Assembly: GCA_963555995.3 (NCBI GenBank)
Contig: OY821641.1
Span: 3,200,001 to 3,264,000, forward strand
Reading direction: 5' to 3'
Source of the DNA: Vicinamibacteria bacterium
GTDB taxonomy: Bacteria; Acidobacteriota; Vicinamibacteria; Marinacidobacterales; Marinacidobacteraceae
Length of the DNA stretch: 64,000 nucleotides
Each line of letters starts with the position of its first letter. Positions within the stretch are counted from its first letter, which is position 1. This document shows positions 1 through 8,990 of the stretch, piece after piece. The notes under the pieces are model-generated. The model was not told the DNA's origin and made no database searches. It was given only the letters and a program-made list of their open reading frames with translations. The position numbers and the translations under genes are program-made.

Positions 1-3000
1 GATCCTCGGGACCTGGGGCCGGATCCCTTCCGCGCGCGAGTTCCCGGCTTCCCGACTGTTGAAAGAGGCGCTACGGAACGCGGAGGCACCGAACATTTGG
101 CAGAACGGAGCATTTGCCTCAACCATCGTCGAAATTGCCAAGTCTCTCGCCGACCGCGCTCCTCTGCTGCTGATCGTGGACGAATTCGGCAAGAGCCTGG
201 AGGCGATCAGGGACGGTGGCGACGCCGACCCGTACGTCCTGCAGCAACTCGCCGAGACCGGACAGGGCGGAGGACTTCCGATCTTCGTCATCACCCTCCA
301 ACATCTGTCCTTCGACGACTACTTGATCGGGGCGGAAGCATCGAAGCGCCGCGAATGGGCAAAGGTGCAGGGGCGGTTCGAAGACGTGGCCTATGTGGAG
401 TCCGCCCGTCAGTCTCGGAGGCTCATTGGATCAGTTTTCGACATCCGGAGCGACGCGCTACGGGTACGCATCCGAAGCACCGCCCAGAGTTACTCGGAAG
501 CGCTGAGCCGACTTGGGATAGCGAATGGAACCGATACGGAGGTCCTCGCCTCCTGTTATCCCTTGCATCCGCTTGTCGCTTTGGTGCTGCCCGAACTGTG
601 CAGCCGGTACGGCCAACACGAACGCACTCTTTTCTCCTTCCTCGCTGGGGCGGACCCGGCAAGCGCGGCGTCGTTCCTCGCGGCGGGGGACATCGAGGAG
701 TCGAACTCGCTGCCGCTGGTCGGCCTGGATTTGGTGTACGACTACTTCGTCGGAGGCGCTGCGGCTTCGAATGGCGCCCTTTCGCATTCGAGTCGCTGGA
801 CCAAGATCGCCACCCGGTTGCGAGACATCCACGGGCTGTCCCCGGCACAGACCCGTCTCGCCAAGTCCATCGCCCTCGTCAACCTTGTCTCGACCAGCGG
901 GACGATCCGGGCGTCGCGCGAGATTCTGACCTTGGCAGCGTCGAAGCCGGAGCAGGACCTTCGGGCGCTGGAAGCACGGGGCATCATCACCTACCGCGCG
1001 TTCGCGGACGAGTACCGGATCTGGCAGGGCACGGACACTGACCTTCGCCGTCTCTTGGATGCGGCGTACGAGCGGCTCCATCACCGATCTCTGTTCGACA
1101 TCCTTTCCGAAATGGAGGTGCCTCCCCCGGTGGTTGCGGCACGCCACAGCGCCCAGAATCATGTGCTGCGCGTCTTCAAGCGACGGTACTTCGAGGCAGG
1201 AGAACCAGTCGAGCCGCTTGCCCCCTCTTCGCCATTCGACGGTGAGGTCCTGCTCAACGTCGGCCCCTTGGTTCCGACCTTGCCGGTACCCGGTCCGGGC
1301 GTTAAGCCCACGATCGCGGCAACGCCAAGTAGCACGACAGACTTGGACCGCGCCGCACGCGAAGTGGCAGCGGTCTTGGCAGTACTCAAAGATCCGGTCG
1401 TCGCCGACGATCCGGTAGCTCGCGCGGAACTCGCCGAACGACTCGCCCAAGCCCGTGCAGCCTTCGACCACGCCTTCGGCATCGCGTTTCGGGCGGATGC
1501 TTGCCGCTGGACGATGTGCCTCAAGCGATCGACCGCAAGGGAGCTGCACCCAGGCCGGGGGAGCGCTCCACTGTCGGAGGCCGCCGACCTCGCCTACGAG
1601 TACACCCCGGTGATCTCCAACGAAATGCTCAATCGGACGGAACTCACCTCTCAGGGTGCGAAGGCCCGGCGGATAGTGCTCCAGGCGATGATCGAGCACG
1701 GTTCGGAGCCGGATCTTGGCTTCAAGGGATACGGGCCGGAGGTGGCGATGTATCGGGCGGTCCTGGAGAGGACCGGCCTTCACGGGTTCGCACCGGACGC
1801 GGAAGAGCGAGGCTTCCGCGAACCCTCCGAGAAATCGCTCGGGCGGGCGTGGCATTCCGTTCAGCGGGGGTTCGAGCGAGCCCAGACCCAGCGCATCAAC
1901 CTCCGCAACCTCTATAGCGACCTTCTGTCGCCGCCAATCGGAATGAAGGCCGGGGTTATTCCCGTTTTCCTGACCGTCGCGCTTCTAGTGAGGTGTGACG
2001 ACATCGCGATCTATGAACACGGCACATTCAAGCCACTCTTGACGGCTGACCTGTCGGAACGGATGGTTCGGAACCCAGCCCACTTCGAGATCAAGTGCTT
2101 CGCGAACACCGAGGGGGCGCGGGGGCAGGTCGTCTCCGCGCTCGCAGAGTACCTACACATTCGAGGGAGCTCTCGCGGGTACAGGGTCGCCAACGTAGTC
2201 GCCGTGGTCGGGCATTTGGTCTCGAAGATCCGGCGGCTGGATCACTTCACTCTGAGGACTGGCGATCTCAGCAAGGCGGCGTCGGCAGTACGGGACGTCG
2301 TGGTCGCTGCTGTGGAGCCAGACGAACTGCTGTTCGACTCCCTCCCGACCGCACTCGGCTTTCCTCCCGTCCCGGCGAACGCTCCGAGCTACGAAGCCGC
2401 GATCGGTTACGCGCAGACGGTGACCGAGGCACTTAGGGAACTGAGCGCCCGGCCCGATAGACTGCTTGCGGAACTGCTCCAGCTGTTGCTCGATACCAGC
2501 GCCGAGACATCCCGGGTAGCGATTTCCCGTCAGGCGGCGGCGCTGGAAGGGCATGTTCTCGACCCCGAATTGAGGGCCTTCGTGCTGACGCTAGCGAGCG
2601 ACGCCTCCGAGACCGACTCGGACTGGATGCGCGCCATTGCGACAGTCGTCGCCAAGAAGGCACCATCTGAGTGGAGTAAAGAGGACATGGTGTGGTTCGA
2701 CCGCGAACTCTCTGCCCGCGTGGCGGCCTTCCACCGGCTCATCGCTCTCCACGCCGACAACCAGACCAGTGGCGCGCCCGACGCGTTGCGCGTGACACTA
2801 ACCCGTGCCGATGGCAGCGAGCACAACCGGTTGGTCGCTATTGACGCGAAGGATCGCCCCGAGGCGGAACGCGCCCTTGACGCCGCCCTTGTCGAGCTAG
2901 CTGAGATCACTGGGTCTCCCCACCATGCCCACAAGGCCCTGCTCGCTCTGCTGGGTGAACGCTTGCTGCCCGATCGGCCCGAGAGTGCAGATCAGTCCGC

Positions 3001-3031
3001 ACATCTGCTGCGGAGGGCAGTCAATGTCTGA
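1..3031 (+). CDS. sspC: Large P-loop ATPase, SspC/BrxC-like (5'-truncated by window edge)
   Basis: Frame is open from base 2. Walker-B-like LLLIVDEFGK and CYPLHP, RYGQHERTLFSFL and NEMLNR motifs are typical of the ATPase in DUF4007-ATPase-PAPS reductase (Ssp/BREX type 4-like) loci. Overlaps the next gene by 8 nt. Walker A presumably lies upstream of the window. Confidence 0.7.
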   Translation, partial: ILGTWGRIPSAREFPASRLLKEALRNAEAPNIWQNGAFASTIVEIAKSLADRAPLLLIVDEFGKSLEAIRDGGDADPYVLQQLAETGQGGGLPIFVITLQHLSFDDYLIGAEASKRREWAKVQGRFEDVAYVESARQSRRLIGSVFDIRSDALRVRIRSTAQSYSEALSRLGIANGTDTEVLASCYPLHPLVALVLPELCSRYGQHERTLFSFLAGADPASAASFLAAGDIEESNSLPLVGLDLVYDYFVGGAAASNGALSHSSRWTKIATRLRDIHGLSPAQTRLAKSIALVNLVSTSGTIRASREILTLAASKPEQDLRALEARGIITYRAFADEYRIWQGTDTDLRRLLDAAYERLHHRSLFDILSEMEVPPPVVAARHSAQNHVLRVFKRRYFEAGEPVEPLAPSSPFDGEVLLNVGPLVPTLPVPGPGVKPTIAATPSSTTDLDRAAREVAAVLAVLKDPVVADDPVARAELAERLAQARAAFDHAFGIAFRADACRWTMCLKRSTARELHPGRGSAPLSEAADLAYEYTPVISNEMLNRTELTSQGAKARRIVLQAMIEHGSEPDLGFKGYGPEVAMYRAVLERTGLHGFAPDAEERGFREPSEKSLGRAWHSVQRGFERAQTQRINLRNLYSDLLSPPIGMKAGVIPVFLTVALLVRCDDIAIYEHGTFKPLLTADLSERMVRNPAHFEIKCFANTEGARGQVVSALAEYLHIRGSSRGYRVANVVAVVGHLVSKIRRLDHFTLRTGDLSKAASAVRDVVVAAVEPDELLFDSLPTALGFPPVPANAPSYEAAIGYAQTVTEALRELSARPDRLLAELLQLLLDTSAETSRVAISRQAAALEGHVLDPELRAFVLTLASDASETDSDWMRAIATVVAKKAPSEWSKEDMVWFDRELSARVAAFHRLIALHADNQTSGAPDALRVTLTRADGSEHNRLVAIDAKDRPEAERALDAALVELAEITGSPHHAHKALLALLGERLLPDRPESADQSAHLLRRAVNV

Positions 3032-3872
3032 GGACACCCGCCATATCTGTGGCATATCCGGCGGCAAGGATTCCAGCGCACTCGCGGTCTATCTGCGCGG
3101 CAAAGTGCAGGGCATGGAGTACTTCTTCTGTGATACCGGCGCCGAACTCCCGGAGACCTACGAATATCTCACCCGGCTTGAAGTCCTGCTCGGCCAGCCC
3201 ATAGTCCGCTTGAACGCCGAGCGAGGCTTTGACCACTGGTTCGAGGTGTTCCGTGGCGCGCTCCCGTCGCCCCAAATGCGCTGGTGCACCAAGAATATGA
3301 AGATCAAGCCGATCGAGGCGTGGATCGGGGACGAGCCGGCGGTGTCCTACGTGGCGATCCGGGCCGACGAGGCGAACCGGAAGGGCTACATCTCCACGAA
3401 GCCCAACATCCAAAGCCGATTCCCGTTCGTCGAGGACGGCGTCGACCGCGCCGGGGTAATGCGGATTCTCGAGGACGCTGGGATCGGCCTCCCGCACTAC
3501 TACGAGTGGCGTACCCGGTCAGGCTGCTATTTCTGCTTCTATCAGCGCAAGGCGGAGTGGGTCGGCCTCGCGGACCGCCACCCGGACCTCTTCGAACGCG
3601 CCGTCGCGATTGAGCAGAAGGTGCTGCAAGACGCCGGGGTTGACGGCGACGCCGACTTCGGCGATCAGGCCATGCGGGGTCGGAACTACACCTGGTCGGG
3701 CGGCGAAAGCCTTCCCCAGCTCCTTGCCCGGCGGAACGAGATCATCGCCAAGCATCGGGATTCGCTGGCTCGCTCTCGTCGTCCCCAACAGAATGTTCCT
3801 CTCTTGGAGGCACTAGCTGACGCTCTCGACGAAGAAGACGATACCGCGCCGTGTGCGGTGTGCGCTCTATAG
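3024..3872 (+). CDS. sspD: PAPS reductase-family (PP-loop) protein, SspD-like
   Basis: ATG at 3024 is coupled to the ATPase stop. SGGKDS PP-loop, DTGAE, RWCT, SGCYFCFYQ and C-terminal CAVC cysteine motifs. Confidence 0.8.
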   Translation: MSEDTRHICGISGGKDSSALAVYLRGKVQGMEYFFCDTGAELPETYEYLTRLEVLLGQPIVRLNAERGFDHWFEVFRGALPSPQMRWCTKNMKIKPIEAWIGDEPAVSYVAIRADEANRKGYISTKPNIQSRFPFVEDGVDRAGVMRILEDAGIGLPHYYEWRTRSGCYFCFYQRKAEWVGLADRHPDLFERAVAIEQKVLQDAGVDGDADFGDQAMRGRNYTWSGGESLPQLLARRNEIIAKHRDSLARSRRPQQNVPLLEALADALDEEDDTAPCAVCAL

Positions 3873-3963
3873 CAAGAAATGTCCGTTCACCTCTTGGTTT
3901 ACTCGTCACTCCGTGCGTTCGGGACCCTTAACCTGCTCAGGAAATCCTTTAAAGGAGATCGCT

Positions 3964-5043
3964 TTGCGCATATCGACCAGTGAGTGGAGTGTTCGCATGC
4001 TGACGGACTTCCAGCACCGGATGAACACCGATGCCGAGTACCAGCGAGGCAAGGTCTGGTCCGAACCACAGCGGGTGCTCCTCATTGACTCCATTCTTCG
4101 TGGCTTCGCTATCCCAACTATCTTCCTTCGGAAACATGACGGTGGCGACGAATACCTGTTCGACGTCGTTGACGGAAAACAACGTCTCACGGCGATATGG
4201 CGCTTTCTCTCAAACGACATCCGTCTCCTACGCAATGCTGAAGAATACCCCGGCCTTGGCAATCTGGGTGGGCAATGCTGGTCCGATCTCTCCAGAAAGG
4301 CGCAGGATCACCTGCAATTCGCGAATATAACTGTCTCAAAAATCGAAAATGCCAGCGACGATCAGATACGGGAGCTCTTTCTTCGCCTACAAAAGGGGGA
4401 ACCACTGAACGCCGCGGAGAAACGTAATGCCATGTCGGGTCCAGTGCGCGATTTCGTCGCAAAGAAGCTCGCCAAGCACCCTCTCTGGCCAACGACCGGG
4501 ATTAGTCCGAAGCGATTCGGAACAGATGAGCATTCCGCCATATTGCTAGCGTTGATGTACCACCGAGGGCCAACTGCCATTAAGGGCGCCGATCTCCAAA
4601 AGCTCTACGAAGACGACGACTTCGATCCCCGAGGTACAGCGGCACTCCAGTCCATAGAACTTCTCGATGATCTCTACGCTGTTTCTAGGAAGGATCCGCG
4701 AACTATTCGGACTCGGTGGGGTCTCGTCGATCTCTCACTTGTTCTTATGCGTGCTCGCAAGGACGGTATAAGGATCGACGCGAGCCAAGTCATGAATTTC
4801 TATAAGGAGTTCGAGGAAGAGCGAAAAAAGGCGAGTGTCGCCTGGACAGATTTTCAAACTCGCATGACTGAAATGACTATAGGAGAGGACACGCCAAGCG
4901 ATGCGTGGGGTCAACACAACATTCCAGAAGAGATCCTTAACTATCACCGGGCTTTCGCACGCGAGGGTGGTAGCGCCCAGAACATCGACTTCCGATACAA
5001 AATCATGTACAAGAAGTTTCTGGATCATCTTGGACGTCCATAG
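3964..5043 (+). CDS. DUF262 (ParB-like/GmrS-type) domain protein without HNH domain
   Basis: AAGGAG RBS then TTG at 3964. YQRGKVW, LIDSILRG-IPTIF, VVDGKQRLT and FLRLQKGEPLN motifs. Lower GC than the backbone. Confidence 0.8.
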   Translation: MRISTSEWSVRMLTDFQHRMNTDAEYQRGKVWSEPQRVLLIDSILRGFAIPTIFLRKHDGGDEYLFDVVDGKQRLTAIWRFLSNDIRLLRNAEEYPGLGNLGGQCWSDLSRKAQDHLQFANITVSKIENASDDQIRELFLRLQKGEPLNAAEKRNAMSGPVRDFVAKKLAKHPLWPTTGISPKRFGTDEHSAILLALMYHRGPTAIKGADLQKLYEDDDFDPRGTAALQSIELLDDLYAVSRKDPRTIRTRWGLVDLSLVLMRARKDGIRIDASQVMNFYKEFEEERKKASVAWTDFQTRMTEMTIGEDTPSDAWGQHNIPEEILNYHRAFAREGGSAQNIDFRYKIMYKKFLDHLGRP

Positions 5044-5072
5044 CTAGGTCGCCACTGTACAACGATTCGATC

Positions 5073-5810
5073 GTGTTGGATCTCCTTCTAGGCCGCCGGG
5101 TCACGGGACTCCTCACAGTCGCACTCACTCTATGTGGTTTTCTTCTTCCGGATGAAATCCGAAAGTGGGCGATTGGAAGCGTCGGACTGGCTATTCTTGT
5201 GCAGACAGTTATCGGTGGCATTCGCGAACGGAGTGGAGTCGGGCGTCTTGGACAGCACTATGGTTTCGTCCACAACAAAATGTTGGAGTTGTTGTCTCAC
5301 CTAGGCGAGCTCACAGGCAACGATTATTCGATCTGGCGTATGGACCTCTATTTGGCCAGGAGACACTTGGGACTCTCATCGGCTAAACCGTTCGTCATAC
5401 GCAATGTGCTACATCCTGTAATACCGCTTGCCCTAAAGCACTTGCGAGTTTCGCCACAAACCATTCCATCCCACCATCCACTCTTTGGCAATTGCTTTCG
5501 AAACAAAGTGCAGCGCCTCTGGTGGAACGAGGACCTAGCTTCGTTTCCGGACAGTGAAGCACACAGCAAGAACAGTTGGTACGACCTGTCGCGTAGCGAG
5601 AATGAAGCTCTTCGGGTGGAGTTCGGAGCTATGAGTCTAAACCCAATCGCAAAGGGTGGCAGCGAACGCTGCCTTGGCGTTCTCGTGGTTCATACAATCG
5701 GTGATTCTGAGGCGGTTACGACGGTATTGGGAGCGTTACTTCAGGAAAAGGCGGACCGACGCCTACGGCAAATCTGTATTGACATCTACGACGGACTTCA
5801 GGGTGGATAA
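5073..5810 (+). CDS. Hypothetical membrane protein (two N-terminal TM helices, possible GAF-like C-terminal domain)
   Basis: 245-aa ORF with hydrophobic segments VTGLLTVALTLCGFLL and WAIGSVGLAILVQTVIGGI. C-terminal LNPI...CLGVLVVHT resembles the end of a GAF fold. Co-oriented and closely spaced within the low-GC island. Confidence 0.55.
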   Translation: MLDLLLGRRVTGLLTVALTLCGFLLPDEIRKWAIGSVGLAILVQTVIGGIRERSGVGRLGQHYGFVHNKMLELLSHLGELTGNDYSIWRMDLYLARRHLGLSSAKPFVIRNVLHPVIPLALKHLRVSPQTIPSHHPLFGNCFRNKVQRLWWNEDLASFPDSEAHSKNSWYDLSRSENEALRVEFGAMSLNPIAKGGSERCLGVLVVHTIGDSEAVTTVLGALLQEKADRRLRQICIDIYDGLQGG

Positions 5811-5838
5811 TCAAAGGGCATCAAGGCACAATAGCAAC

Positions 5839-7269
5839 ATGAACGTAATGGAACGCATTAGACCGGGAACCGTCTACTTTGGGGATTGTTTGGAGGTGAT
5901 GACGTCTTGGATTCAGAACCAAGTAGATTTGATCTACTTGGATCCACCATTCAATTCCAAAAAGAACTACAACATTCTGTTTGGTACGGAAACGAACGGA
6001 AAGTCAAGCCAGTTCCTGGCATTCGAAGATACTTGGCAGTGGGACAGGCCCGCGCAGCGTCGTTTGGATCAATTCCGCGGAGCTGTTGCACACCCCGCGA
6101 GCGCGGCGGTTTTGGGCCTGCACTCCGTACTCGGTGATTCGGGGATGATGTCGTATTTGTCCTATATGGCAGAACGCCTGTATCACGCACATCGTGTATT
6201 GAAAGCTACCGGGAGCATCTATCTGCATTGCGACCCCAATGCGTCTCACTACCTCAAGGTCATTATGGATCAGATTTGCGGTGCCGAGAATTTTCAGAAT
6301 GAATTCATTTGGTACTATGGCGGTGGGGGTGCGTCCAAGAAGCGGTGGGCGCGTAAGCATGATGTCCTACTGTTCTATACGAAATCATCCGAGTGGACGT
6401 TTAACGCAGACGCGGTGAGGTCAAAGCACAAGTGGGATCGCGGACAGAAACGCGCGGATGGATCTGAGAGGAGTTTGGACAAGGGGAAGCTTCCCGATGA
6501 CGTGTTCCAGCACCATAGCCTTATGCCCTGGTCGAAAGAGCGACTTGGGTATCCAACTCAGAAGCCCTTGGCTCTCCTAGAGCGAATCGTTGCCGCGAGC
6601 AGTAAGGAGGGGGATCTGATTCTCGATCCGTTTTGCGGATGTGGAACGGCCGTGGTAGCCGCTCACCAACTCGGGAGGCGGTGGGCTGGCATTGATATAT
6701 CACCGTTCGCTGTGGAACACGTAATCAAAGTGAGGCTCAACAAATTGCGAGTGAGAGCAAAGACAGATGGCATTCCATTTGACATGGCATCGGCCAGAGC
6801 ACTTGCAAAGGCAGACCCGTTCAGATTCGAAGCGTGGGCAGTCAATCAGATTCCCGGTATGGCACCCAACACGAAACAGACCGGTGATGAAGGCATAGAC
6901 GGACGAGGCACACTGTTGAGTGAGGCGGATGAAACAGACCATAGAATCGTCTTGGCACAAGTAAAGGGCGGTAGCGGAGGACCCTCTGCGGACGCGGTTC
7001 GCGCGTTTTGCCAAGTGGTCAGCAACCCAAAGAACGCCGCGGTGGCAGGCATTTTCATTACATTGGAACGTCGGTGGTCGAGCAAAATGCTTGCGGAATT
7101 TGAACGGTTCGGCCAGTTTCGACTCAAGGGCGGGGCCGAGTATTTCCCGCGCCTTCAGTTCTGGTCCATAGAGGACCACTTTGATGGAAAACGGCCAGTG
7201 CTTCCGTCGCTAACGGACCCTGTTACCGGTAGAGAAATGAGCCACCCGCTGTGGATTGATCGACGCTAG
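5839..7269 (+). CDS. Beta-class N6/N4 DNA methyltransferase fused to Mrr-like restriction endonuclease domain
   Basis: GDCLEVM, LIYLDPPFNS (motif IV), YPTQKPLALLERIV and DPFCGCGT (motif I). C-terminal FEAWAV...GDEGIDG...AQVKGG (D..QxK Mrr-type). Confidence 0.85.
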   Translation: MNVMERIRPGTVYFGDCLEVMTSWIQNQVDLIYLDPPFNSKKNYNILFGTETNGKSSQFLAFEDTWQWDRPAQRRLDQFRGAVAHPASAAVLGLHSVLGDSGMMSYLSYMAERLYHAHRVLKATGSIYLHCDPNASHYLKVIMDQICGAENFQNEFIWYYGGGGASKKRWARKHDVLLFYTKSSEWTFNADAVRSKHKWDRGQKRADGSERSLDKGKLPDDVFQHHSLMPWSKERLGYPTQKPLALLERIVAASSKEGDLILDPFCGCGTAVVAAHQLGRRWAGIDISPFAVEHVIKVRLNKLRVRAKTDGIPFDMASARALAKADPFRFEAWAVNQIPGMAPNTKQTGDEGIDGRGTLLSEADETDHRIVLAQVKGGSGGPSADAVRAFCQVVSNPKNAAVAGIFITLERRWSSKMLAEFERFGQFRLKGGAEYFPRLQFWSIEDHFDGKRPVLPSLTDPVTGREMSHPLWIDRR

Positions 7270-7485
7270 TGCGGGAACACGGTGTTCCTCTGGGACGATT
7301 GATGACGACCGTTGTGTCGGGGACGATGCGTGCGGAAGCGTCCGGCCATGTCCCCTTTTGAAAATGGCTAGTCCGAAGTGGTACCGGACGCCATGCAGAA
7401 GCGTCGTCATCACTCTTTCCGTTCGTACCGTGTAGGGGGGCAAGACGTCAAATTCCAGGCGGATGAGTCTCGGGAGGAATCTCCT

Positions 7486-8607
7486 TTATCGGACCCAGCC
7501 CCGCGCGAACAGCGCGGACAGTTTCAAGCCTTTGTCGGATGTGCCGCCGTTGAGCACCTTCGCGATACGGTCCGCCCGAGTCGCACCGGAGCTTTCCCGC
7601 CGCAGGGGCCGCCCCTTGTCGCCGCCGAGGTAATCCACGATCTCCGGGTGATCGGAACAAATCACGGCCTGGGATAGGGACTCGCCGCAGAGATCCGACA
7701 ACTCCTGCAGCCACGGCTGGACTTCCCGCAACGCCACGAAGTTCATCGGTGTGTCCAAGAAGAGCGTGTGCCGCTGCTCCACCGCGAGACAGATCAAGGC
7801 ATACAGAACGACCAGCGTCCGCTGTCCGTCCGACACCTCCCCAAAGCGCAGCGCGTACTCCTCGTCCGCCTCGTGGAACACCATCATGAGCGCACGGGTA
7901 TCCATCCCGGCCCTCTGCAACCGAATGCCGCGGAAGCCGTGGAGGACATTCTGCATGGTCTTCGTGTATTCGGCGATGAGATCGGGACGCTCCTGCGCCA
8001 GGTTTCGATACCATCCGACGAAGTTTCTTCCGTCTCTTTCCAGAAGGTCGTCCTCGGTCGCGGACTCCGAAGCGAAGACTCCGGGCTGCAGGCCGCACAC
8101 GATGATGCTTTGCACGAAATCCTGGAAGCGGGACAGGTTCCTGTTGTCCCGGCCGGAAGTGACGCGCGCCAGCGAGGACACCTCCCAATCGGCGGGAAAC
8201 GAGTGTCCCTTGGTGAGATCGTCGCCGTATAGCTGCACCTGCCCGTCCACGAACTCGAACAGCGTGTCTCCGTTCATGGTGAGGTGTTCCCGCTGGATTC
8301 CGGCGATCCGCTTCTCCCGGGAATGCTTCACTTCGAGGCGATAGGAGTACGCGCTCCCTTCAAGCTCGACGTCCAACTCGAAGGTCTGGACATCTCGCGA
8401 CTGCCAGCGGGTGCGGGTTGACGGTGGAAACGCGGCCCTCCCCTTCACGGCGGTCCGGCCGCCCAGCAACTCGCGCAGCGCGAAGACGATGTCCAGGACG
8501 CTGGATTTCCCCGCTCCGTTCATGCCGAGCAGCAGGGACAACGCGTCGAGGTGCAGTTCGAACTTGACGAAACACCGGTAGTTGTCCGCGTAGAGCCGGG
8601 TGATCAT
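7486..8607 (-). CDS. AAA_21/AbiEii-like ABC-type ATPase (degenerate Walker B)
   Basis: Begins MITRLYADNYRCF. Walker A GMNGAGKS and signature SDGQR. Walker-B region reads LFLDTPMN. The longer upstream ORF extension runs through repeats and is unlikely. Confidence 0.75.
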   Translation of the reverse strand: MITRLYADNYRCFVKFELHLDALSLLLGMNGAGKSSVLDIVFALRELLGGRTAVKGRAAFPPSTRTRWQSRDVQTFELDVELEGSAYSYRLEVKHSREKRIAGIQREHLTMNGDTLFEFVDGQVQLYGDDLTKGHSFPADWEVSSLARVTSGRDNRNLSRFQDFVQSIIVCGLQPGVFASESATEDDLLERDGRNFVGWYRNLAQERPDLIAEYTKTMQNVLHGFRGIRLQRAGMDTRALMMVFHEADEEYALRFGEVSDGQRTLVVLYALICLAVEQRHTLFLDTPMNFVALREVQPWLQELSDLCGESLSQAVICSDHPEIVDYLGGDKGRPLRRESSGATRADRIAKVLNGGTSDKGLKLSALFARGWVR

Positions 8608-8790
8608 GGTGTCCGGTCGGGCGCGCTGGCGGCCTCCTGCCGTCAATACTACCCGGCGGTCGAGGGGGTTCCCGGCCTCCATCCGTCCCGGGGTATGGCG
8701 CGTTGTTGGTTCCTGACAGTGGCTACCCGTGGGCGAGTGACGGAGTGCGTTTCGTCTAGCGACGAACCGCCCGCGGCCCTGCGGGCCGCT

Positions 8791-8990
8791 GTGCCGGCTG
8801 AAGCCGGCGTTCCAAACCGGCGGCGTCCTCATCGCCGTTGACGCACCCGCGCGAGCAGCACTTACACAGCTAACTGACCCGTTTCGCGGCCGGAGGCCGG
8901 CGCTCCGAGCCGCTACGCCACCGGGCAAAGCAGCCATACGCGATTCCGCCCGCCGTCGGCGGGCTGTGCCGGTCTGGAGACCGGCGGTCC
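8791..8990. repeat. Cluster of three REP-like palindromes
   Basis: GTGCCGGCTGAAGCCGGCGTTCC (8791), GCGGCCGGAGGCCGGCGCTCC (8886), GTGCCGGTCTGGAGACCGGCGGTCC (8966). Confidence 0.85.

Noticed and set aside
3024-3872. Sulfate-assimilation cysH
   Set aside because: Lacks the ECGLH terminus and cys-operon context; coupled to an SspC-like ATPase instead.
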